Part shown: piece by piece, positions 57,522 through 64,000 of the stretch
How positions within the stretch are numbered: the stretch's first letter is position 1
Layout: each line of letters opens with the position of its first letter
Source: Bdellovibrionia bacterium
GTDB lineage: Bacteria > Bdellovibrionota > UBA1018
DNA: 64,000 nucleotides
Direction of reading: 5' to 3'
Assembly (NCBI GenBank): GCA_040399745.1
Contig: JBBARP010000001.1
Span: 234,617-298,616, forward strand
Notes under the pieces: model-generated
Told to the model about the DNA's origin: nothing
The model's input: only the letters and a program-made list of their open reading frames with translations
The model's database searches: none
Translations under genes and position numbers: made by a program

Positions 57522-57576
57522 ATCACTGCACTGTTAATCACTGCACTGTTAATCACTGCACTGTTAATCACTGCAC
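57522..57576. repeat. 15-bp tandem repeat ATCACTGCACTGTTA, three copies plus a 10-bp partial copy
   Basis: Exact copies at 57522, 57537 and 57552; partial copy at 57567-57576 overlaps the fliL stop. Confidence 0.95.
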
Positions 57577-58152
57577 CATGAAAGTGTTGAAGAACACTTG
57601 AGTGACCGAACCAGTTCCATCGTCGCTTTCGGCGGCGATGAGCTGATTGGCAAGGTCCAGAAGCTGCGAGCGAAGAACGTAGCGGCCTTGGACCGTGTTC
57701 AACTCGGAGTAGGTCTTGCGCCCCATGAGTCCGAGGAAGCGATCCATGAGGACGGATTTATATTCCTCGAGGATGGCTTTCTTTCGCACATCCTTCAGTT
57801 CCATGGTGAAGGCCACGGTGGCGTAGTGGATTTTGCCTTGGCTCAGGCCCTGGGGGCCTGGAGCTTCGAGTCCGCTAAGAGAAGGCTTCAAGTTCACGGT
57901 CACGGTCTCGAACGTGATCGAGCCAGCCTCGGAGTCCTCGCTGTTGGCTAAGCGTTTTTTCATGGCCTCGATCTTCTGGCGCTCTCCCGCTTCGGTGATG
58001 GCGGGGCGCTTGAACAGAAGTCGGGTGTAAACAAAGGTTCCCATGGCAGCGAGCGCGACCACCGTATTGGCCAGGCCCATGATCATGAGCAGGCTAGGTT
58101 TGGCTCGAGCCGGCTTTTCTGCCTGGCCTTCTGGGGGTGCGCCATCCGACAT
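57568..58152 (-). CDS. fliL: Flagellar basal body-associated FliL family protein
   Basis: N-terminal TM, TVNL, ELNTVQGRYVLRSQL, terminal VFFNTFMVQ. Confidence 0.85.
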   Translation of the reverse strand: MSDGAPPEGQAEKPARAKPSLLMIMGLANTVVALAAMGTFVYTRLLFKRPAITEAGERQKIEAMKKRLANSEDSEAGSITFETVTVNLKPSLSGLEAPGPQGLSQGKIHYATVAFTMELKDVRKKAILEEYKSVLMDRFLGLMGRKTYSELNTVQGRYVLRSQLLDLANQLIAAESDDGTGSVTQVFFNTFMVQ

Positions 58153-58158
58153 AATTTC

Positions 58159-58188
58159 AGTGTAAGGGCAGGCGGGGCCGCGAGGCAA
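58159..58188 (-). promoter_or_regulatory. Candidate leaderless sigma70 promoter of fliL
   Basis: TTGCCT-N18-TACACT-N6-ATG; no SD. Confidence 0.55.
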
Positions 58189-58224
58189 AAAAAAGCCCCG
58201 CTTCCCAAAAGGAGAGCGGGGCTT
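58187..58224 (-). terminator. Intrinsic terminator of ald
   Basis: Minus strand AAGCCCCGCT...AGCGGGGCTT followed by a T run. Confidence 0.85.
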
Positions 58225-58247
58225 CTCAAAAAAGCGTCAGAGAACCG

Positions 58248-59354
58248 TCAGATGCGGACGGGCTCGTACGAAAGGCCCAAGTCGTCGGCCACTTGTTTGT
58301 ACGAAACCTTGCCGTTCAGGATGTTCACGCCTTTCAGAAGCGCAGCATCCTTAGCGACCGCATCGCGCCAGCCCAGGTTGGCCAACATCAATGCGTACTT
58401 CAGAGTGACGTTCGTCAGAGCGTAGGTCGAAGTGCGGGGCACAGCGCCCGGCATGTTCGGCACAGCGTAGTGAATCACGCCGTCCACCGTGTAGGTGGGA
58501 TGCTCGTGCGAGGTCGGACGGCAGGTTTCCACCGAACCACCTTGGTCCACGGCCACGTCGACGACGACACCGCCGGGCTGCATCTTCGAGATCATTTCGC
58601 GCGTGACCAGTTTCGGGGCTTTTGCGCCGGCAACTAGCACTGCGCCGATCACGAGATCAGCTTGAGTGACGGCTTTTTCGATCTGCTCGCTGTTCGAATA
58701 CAGCGTGGTGATCTCGTTACCGAACACGTCCGAGAGGTATTCCAAGCGGGGAACATTCACGTCAAACAAAGTGACGTTAGCGCCCAAGCCCACTGCCATC
58801 TTGGCCGAGTTGATACCCACCACGCCGCCGCCCAAGATGACGACGTTCGCGCGAGCGACGCCAGTGACGCCGCCCAGGAGCATGCCTTTACCGCCATGGT
58901 CATGTTGCAGGTAGCTTGCGCCAATCTGCGTAGCCATACGGCCGGCGACTGCCGACATCGGAGCCAAGAGCGGCAGCGAGCCGTCTGCGGGCTGGATGGT
59001 CTCGTAAGCGATGCCGACAATCTTGCGCTCCATCAGAGCTTTGGTCAGACGCTCGTCAGCCGCCAAATGCAGGTAGGTGTAGAGGATCTGATTTTCGCGA
59101 AGAAGCGGATACTCCTCGGGGAGGGGCTCCTTCACTTTCACGATCATGTCAGACTTTTCGTAGATCTCTTTTGCGCCTTCGATGATGGTCGCACCCGCTT
59201 TGCGATAGTCATCATCGGAAATGCCAGCGCCGACGCCCGCATTGTGCTGAACCAGCACTTTGTGTCCGGCTTGGGTCAAGGCGCGAACGCCTGCGATCAC
59301 CATACCGACGCGATTCTCTTTGTTCTTAATTTCCTTCGGGACGCCAACGATCAT
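58248..59354 (-). CDS. ald: Alanine dehydrogenase
   Basis: GVPKEIK..ENRV, KVKEP, YLHLAA, LPLLAPMS.VAGR, GGGVVG, VAVDQGG, PNMPGAVP; AAGGAG SD. Confidence 0.96.
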   Translation of the reverse strand: MIVGVPKEIKNKENRVGMVIAGVRALTQAGHKVLVQHNAGVGAGISDDDYRKAGATIIEGAKEIYEKSDMIVKVKEPLPEEYPLLRENQILYTYLHLAADERLTKALMERKIVGIAYETIQPADGSLPLLAPMSAVAGRMATQIGASYLQHDHGGKGMLLGGVTGVARANVVILGGGVVGINSAKMAVGLGANVTLFDVNVPRLEYLSDVFGNEITTLYSNSEQIEKAVTQADLVIGAVLVAGAKAPKLVTREMISKMQPGGVVVDVAVDQGGSVETCRPTSHEHPTYTVDGVIHYAVPNMPGAVPRTSTYALTNVTLKYALMLANLGWRDAVAKDAALLKGVNILNGKVSYKQVADDLGLSYEPVRI

Positions 59355-59366
59355 TTGAGTAGCTCC

Positions 59367-60143
59367 TTAAGAGGATTGGACCTTGAGGCCGTCATACGCC
59401 AGGCTCACACCCTTCGGAAGTCGCGGGTGGGACTCAGCGTAATCGAAGTCGTGGCCGAGGTGAGTGAGGTAGGTCCTTTCGGGTCTCACTTTCTCGATCA
59501 CGGCCAGCGCCTGTTCCAGATTCAAGTGCGTTCCATGTGGGGTTAGCCTCAAGCAGTCGAGTACCAACACAGAAAGCCCTTGGAGCCGTTCAAGCGATGT
59601 ATCCGGGATATAACTGCAATCCGTAACGTAGGCAACGGAGTCGAACCTAAAGCCCAGACAGTCTTGACTGCCATGTTTAACCGGGATGAGTTGGACGGCA
59701 ACCCCTAAAATATCAATCATTTCAGGGGTATCGGGCAGCTCAGTCAGGTCTAACTGTGGGATGCCGCCGCCTTCTTGGGGGCCGGGTTGGAAGATGTAAT
59801 CGAACTTGGAACGCAGTTCTCGGGCCGTCCAAGCATTTCCGAATACGGGAATGCGCTGCTTTTGAAGGAAGTTGAAGCTGCGAAGCTCATCGATTCCGTG
59901 GACGTGGTCAGCGTGCGGATGGGTGTAGAGAACCGCATCGACGCGCTCGATGTCGGCTCGAAGCGCTTGCTGGCGAAGGTCGGTCGAGGTGTCGATGAGG
60001 AAACTCTTCCCTTGAGTCTCGACCCACACGGAAGCGCGAAGGCGTTGATTCTTGGGATTCGGAGAAGTGCAGACCGAACAACGGCAACGCAGCAGGGGGA
60101 CGCCAGTGGATGTTCCGCAGCCCAGGACGGTGAGGTGGACCAT
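59367..60143 (-). CDS. MBL-fold metallohydrolase (PhnP/YycJ-like phosphodiesterase)
   Basis: LGCGTSTGVP..C.C..C, THPHADHVHG, YVTD, THL, AYDG. Confidence 0.9.
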   Translation of the reverse strand: MVHLTVLGCGTSTGVPLLRCRCSVCTSPNPKNQRLRASVWVETQGKSFLIDTSTDLRQQALRADIERVDAVLYTHPHADHVHGIDELRSFNFLQKQRIPVFGNAWTARELRSKFDYIFQPGPQEGGGIPQLDLTELPDTPEMIDILGVAVQLIPVKHGSQDCLGFRFDSVAYVTDCSYIPDTSLERLQGLSVLVLDCLRLTPHGTHLNLEQALAVIEKVRPERTYLTHLGHDFDYAESHPRLPKGVSLAYDGLKVQSS

Positions 60144-60173
60144 GGGCGGAATCTAGCGCATAGTCCGGGCCCT

Positions 60174-61154
60174 ATGAAAGTCCTCGTCACGGGTGCCAGC
60201 GGGTTTGTCGGAAGCGGCTTGATCGCAGAATTGAATCGACGAGGCATTCGGCCTCGCGCTCTTCTTCGAAAAAGTTCCGCCGTGACGAATCTGGCGGGCT
60301 TGGAATTTGACCGCGCCGAGGGCTCGCTCGGGGACGAGGCCTCGTTACGGGCCGCGGCTCGCGGCTGTGACGCTGTTTTTCACGTGGCGGGCGTTGTCAC
60401 CGCGTCTTCCGAGGCCGAGTTCCTGGAGCATAACGCGGTCGGAGCCGAAAGGCTGGCCCGAGCCGTGGCCGAAGAGTGTTCGGGGCTGGGACGCTTCGTG
60501 CTGGTGTCGAGCTTAGCGGCTGCGGGGCCGGCCGGGCCCGGCGCACCGCGTACGGAGAGCGAGCCAGAGGCGCCGGTGTCGGCCTACGGGCGCAGCAAGT
60601 GGGAGGGCGAGAAGCGAGTGCTGCAGTTCAGCGATCGCATTCCCATCACGGTCATTCGTCCGCCGATGGTTTATGGACCGCGCGATCAGGCCACCTTCCT
60701 TTTCGTCAAAAGCGTGAAAGGACGTTTGGTCCCGGCCTTTGAAAAATTCTACAGCGCCATTCATGTGGACGATCTGGTTCGCGGCATTGCCGACGCAGGA
60801 CTTGAGCCCGGACGCGCTTTGCCCTCGGGTGAGCGCCTGTTCCTGACTCGCGAGCAGGTGTTCAGCTACTCGGAAATGATGGAAGCGATCGGGGACTGCC
60901 TGGGGAAAAAGCCCATCGCCTTTCCGCTTCCGTTCCCCGTTCTGGCCGGGGTGGCGTGGGGCCTGGATGGCTTAGGGAAAATCACGGGTCGCACCTATCC
61001 GCTGAATCGCGACAAGCTGAACGAGATTCGCCCCGATCATTGGACTTGCTCCGGAGAGAAGGCGCGGAAGCTTCTCGGGTTTGAAGCCAAGCACGACATT
61101 CGTTCTGGCTGGGCAGATGCCGTTGCGTGGTACCGAAGCGCGGGCTGGATCTAA
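60174..61154 (+). CDS. NAD-dependent epimerase/dehydratase (extended SDR)
   Basis: MKVLVTGASGFVG, SSLAAAG, YGRSK, RPPMVYGP. Confidence 0.9.
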   Translation: MKVLVTGASGFVGSGLIAELNRRGIRPRALLRKSSAVTNLAGLEFDRAEGSLGDEASLRAAARGCDAVFHVAGVVTASSEAEFLEHNAVGAERLARAVAEECSGLGRFVLVSSLAAAGPAGPGAPRTESEPEAPVSAYGRSKWEGEKRVLQFSDRIPITVIRPPMVYGPRDQATFLFVKSVKGRLVPAFEKFYSAIHVDDLVRGIADAGLEPGRALPSGERLFLTREQVFSYSEMMEAIGDCLGKKPIAFPLPFPVLAGVAWGLDGLGKITGRTYPLNRDKLNEIRPDHWTCSGEKARKLLGFEAKHDIRSGWADAVAWYRSAGWI

Positions 61155-61161
61155 GCCAGGC

Positions 61162-61536
61162 TCAGGCCGGCTGGGGCGCAGTGGCTTCGCTGACGCCCGA
61201 AACGCAGCGCCCTTCAAAAGTGCAGCCGAAATCGAGTGCCACTCGCGGAGCACGGATGTTGCCGATCACGCGGCCCGTGCCGCTGACCGTGACTTTTCCT
61301 GTGGCCACTACGTCACCGCGGATAAAGCCGTCGATAGTGATCGTGTCGGCTTGGATATTTCCTTCGACCCAACCCGTTTCCGCAATCACGAGATGGCTTC
61401 CGGGAGCGGCATGCACTTCGCCAACCAAGGCTCCATGCACGCGAGCAAATTGCTCGAAGCGGATTTTCCCTTCGATACGCGAGCCCTCGGAAATCAAGGT
61501 CAGTCGGCTTTCAGAAACCCAGGCTTCGGATTTCAT
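61162..61536 (-). CDS. Bactofilin (polymer-forming cytoskeletal protein)
   Basis: TLISEGSRIEGKI...RVHG...GWVEGNI.A..ITIDG...GRVIGNI...FEG beta-helix repeats; ATGA overlap with the upstream gene. Confidence 0.92.
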   Translation of the reverse strand: MKSEAWVSESRLTLISEGSRIEGKIRFEQFARVHGALVGEVHAAPGSHLVIAETGWVEGNIQADTITIDGFIRGDVVATGKVTVSGTGRVIGNIRAPRVALDFGCTFEGRCVSGVSEATAPQPA

Positions 61537-62381
61537 TTTGCTCCTCCGGAAGCTTCGCCTGCCGGGCGTCCGGGAACTCCCACTTTCACTTCGTAGAGAA
61601 GCTTTCCGGCCTGGCTCAGGATCATGACAGTGACTTCGGTAAAGGTATCGTCGGCATCGAGTGGTCCGAAATCGGCTTGAATGGGGCGCATCCGGCTGAC
61701 CGAGAAGAACTCCCCACGGAGCGGGTTGATCAGCGACTTGGCCTGGTTCGTGTCGAGAACGCCTTTCGGGTAAGCCATGAGCGTATCGGGTCCGCGCGCG
61801 AGAATCACGATTCGGCCTTGTTGGTTGCCGCCATCCTCCGCGATGTACTGAATGGCTGACCGTACTTGGAGCGTTCGACCTTTCCACGAAAGCTGGGGCG
61901 AGCTCAGGCGGAAGTTCAGGCCCGAAGGAACCTGCGATGCGATCGCGGGTGCTGTCGGCTGAGTGGGTTGAGCCAACGCGACGGTGGGCACAGGAGCCGG
62001 CGCGGTCGCTGGAACATTGGCTGCGACCACGGGCGCTGCTGCTGGGCTGGGCGCAGGTACTGGGGCGCCTGCAGAGGGCTGCGTGGGCGTCAAAGAAGTG
62101 GCGTCCTGAAGCGCAGTGGGATCGAGCTGAGCCAGGCGGTTCTTGATGGTTTGATTCTGGAGTTCGAGTTCGCGAACGCGCTCGGATTCGGTCCAGTGGT
62201 AACGGACGCCCCAATAGGTGGCGACTCCCAGCGAGATCGTAGTGATTCCGATGGCGCCGCCAAGCATCCAGCCCAGGCGCGTGAACCAAGCGACCGGCAG
62301 CTCAAACGAGCGCGAGACCAGATTGTCCTTCAGGACCAGAACGGTAACGTGCGCGTTAGATTCTTGGCGTTCCGGCGGCAT
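61533..62381 (-). CDS. Bitopic membrane protein (TM, coiled coil, Pro/Ala linker, beta-rich domain) co-transcribed with bactofilin
   Basis: Architecture read from the translation; start MPPERQ at 62381 is supported by the promoter position. Confidence 0.7.
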   Translation of the reverse strand: MPPERQESNAHVTVLVLKDNLVSRSFELPVAWFTRLGWMLGGAIGITTISLGVATYWGVRYHWTESERVRELELQNQTIKNRLAQLDPTALQDATSLTPTQPSAGAPVPAPSPAAAPVVAANVPATAPAPVPTVALAQPTQPTAPAIASQVPSGLNFRLSSPQLSWKGRTLQVRSAIQYIAEDGGNQQGRIVILARGPDTLMAYPKGVLDTNQAKSLINPLRGEFFSVSRMRPIQADFGPLDADDTFTEVTVMILSQAGKLLYEVKVGVPGRPAGEASGGAK

Positions 62382-62391
62382 GGCTTTGAAA

Positions 62392-62420
62392 ACCTTAGCG
62401 ATTCGGATGGGGGGTGTCAA
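62392..62420 (-). promoter_or_regulatory. Sigma70 promoter of the bactofilin operon
   Basis: TTGACA(62420-62415)-N17-TAAGGT(62397-62392)-N10-ATG. Confidence 0.7.
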
Positions 62421-62452
62421 CTTGCGGAGGACTTTGGCCGATAGGCACATCG

Positions 62453-64000
62453 ATGAAGTTCATCTTCCTCAATCCCCATCCTGGGAACGACGCAGTCTGG
62501 ATCGAGTCAGCGCGCAAGCGCGGGGACATCTGTATCCCGGTGTCCACTCCCGCTCTTGCCGCTCAGGTGCTGCGTTTCCACGGCCGCTCGGTGGATTTCG
62601 CGATCATTCGGCGCGAGGGTCCGGGCGGCGAAGTCGATGAATCCGGCTTGGAGATGCTGGCTCGTCTGAAGCAGGATCCCGAGCAAGCCGACCTCCCGGT
62701 GATCGTGGTCTCCAGTTCCTGGAGTGATACCGATTTCATCGAGCATCAGAGTCGCCCAGAAGGGGCGCATGCCTACCTGAAATACCCGTTCCAAGAAGCG
62801 CAGCTCTACGCGGTTCTTGAGCGAATGTTCGGCGCCCAATTGCGAGTGGGCGCAGCCGAAGTTCTAATCGATGCGGGTCACGACTTCCTGCTCGAAGCAG
62901 TTGAAGCCATTCTTCCGCCAAAAGCGCAGCGCGAAGGCACTTCGATCCGGATGGAGATTCCGGAGTTCCCGAAGCCGCAGTATTCGGGGGGTGTCGCGCA
63001 GCCAGCCCCTGAGGCTTCCGTTGCCCGCAAACTCCAGCGGGTCCCTTCGACCGGCACGAGTGCTTCGGTTAACTTAGAATCCGAAGTCGAATCGCCGAAG
63101 AAACCCTCGGCTCCCGCTCGCACCAAGGCACCGGTTGTTGCGGCTCCCGAAAGAACTTCGAGTAGCGAGTCTGTGGAAGACGACTCGGTTGCGGCGCCTG
63201 CCATTCTTCAGACCGAACCACTGGATCAAGGCACCGGCTTCTCGGAATTGCCGCGTGAGCAAAGCGGCATCGATCAACTTCTTGCTGATAGTTTTCCGTA
63301 CCTGTTCCAGAGCGGTCGCCCCAAGAGCCCTTCCGAGGTAGCGGCCGAGATCATGAAGCATGCCTCGGGCACTGCTTATGACTTCACTCAGCCCGTGGGC
63401 GATGCGGTGGTCCCGGGTGGAGCGCATCACGCTCTCGACATCGAAACGCTGCGGAAGTACTTGTTCCTTCGGGAGCAGGATGTGGCCGCACTTTCAACCC
63501 AGCTCAAAGCCGTTCGCGAGCAGATGGAAGCGCTTGAAGCGACTCTTCATGAAGAAAAGGCTCGGAACGCTGAACTCGAACACACCATTACCGAACAGGC
63601 CGGACGGATCGCAGGTTTTGATCGCGAACGCCAAGAAGAAATGGATCGATTGGAAGCGCGTCTTCAAGATGAACGCGAAGAGAATCGCCGGCGCGCCGAA
63701 GAGGCTCGAGTTCTCAGTCAGCGCGTGAAAGAAGCGGAAGCCGACCGCATTCAGTTGAAAAGACGGGTGCGGGACGATTTGATTCGCGCGGTGCTGCGGG
63801 AGCGCGAAAAGAGCAATCGATATGAGATTTTGAAGAGGGATTTCGAAGCGCAGTTGGCTTCGAGGATGAACTTGATTACCGAATTGAAGCGCAAGGTCGA
63901 TACCTTGGAGTTCAACATGGACTTGGCCGAAGAGCGACTTCAGCGCGAGAAAGAAAACAACGCTCGGTTGAAGCAGAAACACGCGGAAGCCCTTCGGGCG
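62453..64000 (+). CDS. FrzS-like pseudo-receiver protein with linker and coiled coil (3'-truncated by the window edge)
   Basis: Not in the ORF track because it has no stop in the window. My translation: MKFIFLNPHPG...VDFAIIRREG...GLEMLARLKQDPEQADLPVIVVS...DFIEHQSRPEGAHAYLKYP, then a Pro/Ser linker and a long E/R/K heptad region. Confidence 0.75.
   Translation, partial: MKFIFLNPHPGNDAVWIESARKRGDICIPVSTPALAAQVLRFHGRSVDFAIIRREGPGGEVDESGLEMLARLKQDPEQADLPVIVVSSSWSDTDFIEHQSRPEGAHAYLKYPFQEAQLYAVLERMFGAQLRVGAAEVLIDAGHDFLLEAVEAILPPKAQREGTSIRMEIPEFPKPQYSGGVAQPAPEASVARKLQRVPSTGTSASVNLESEVESPKKPSAPARTKAPVVAAPERTSSSESVEDDSVAAPAILQTEPLDQGTGFSELPREQSGIDQLLADSFPYLFQSGRPKSPSEVAAEIMKHASGTAYDFTQPVGDAVVPGGAHHALDIETLRKYLFLREQDVAALSTQLKAVREQMEALEATLHEEKARNAELEHTITEQAGRIAGFDRERQEEMDRLEARLQDEREENRRRAEEARVLSQRVKEAEADRIQLKRRVRDDLIRAVLREREKSNRYEILKRDFEAQLASRMNLITELKRKVDTLEFNMDLAEERLQREKENNARLKQKHAEALRA

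Noticed and set aside
57522..57576. Possible CRISPR array or TGA recoding signal
   Set aside because: Units are 15 bp with no spacers and no cas genes nearby; TGA is a normal stop in many genes here, and FliL ends at its usual C-terminal motif.
58662..59546. 294-aa plus-strand ORF antisense to ald
   Set aside because: Typical antisense frame of a strongly codon-biased gene.
59775..60173. Apparent N-terminal extension of the epimerase
   Set aside because: Overlaps the MBL gene on the other strand; the Rossmann motif begins at ATG 60174.
61537..62289. Apparent long N-terminal extension of bactofilin
   Set aside because: Alternative frame of the upstream gene; the ATGA overlap at 61533-61536 marks the true start.
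1..64000. Prophage, IS, integron, defence island, tRNA or rRNA
   Set aside because: No integrase, transposase, phage or defence motifs and no structured RNA genes seen; intergenic gaps are short and explained by promoters or terminators.

Overview
Ordinary, gene-dense chromosomal DNA, most likely from a Bdellovibrionota/Oligoflexia-like (deltaproteobacterial-type, probably predatory) bacterium. The taxonomy is inferred from gene content and synteny only. In order, the window holds: a MoxR/DUF58/Bat operon; type III glutamine synthetase, convergent with a tryptophanase-family gene that is translationally coupled to a degenerate ParA-like protein; ribF; a contiguous Myxococcus-style type IVa pilus cluster (pilBTC, a sigma54 activator, pilA, pilGHI, pilD, pilMNOPQ) that continues into TPR-efp-accB-accC-TPR-tamB-Omp85; envelope genes; agmatinase; rplM-rpsI; a QEGLA/DUF1704 peptidase; a CHASE2/NtrC-type two-component pair; PBP1B; a porin-like barrel; an orphan fliL; ald; a bactofilin operon; and a FrzS-like pseudo-receiver/coiled-coil gene that runs off the right edge. 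I found no rRNA, tRNA, CRISPR array or mobile element. Main oddities: (1) the PilR position holds an activator with no receiver domain and pilS is absent; (2) about ten operon-first genes have a -10 box only 6-10 nt before the ATG and no Shine-Dalgarno, suggesting widespread leaderless mRNAs; (3) a pseudo-ATPase ParA is coupled to tryptophanase; (4) a FimT-like pilin without a prepilin cleavage site follows pilD; (5) a FrzS-like gene and a bactofilin operon sit head-to-head; (6) a 15-bp tandem repeat reiterates the fliL stop codon.
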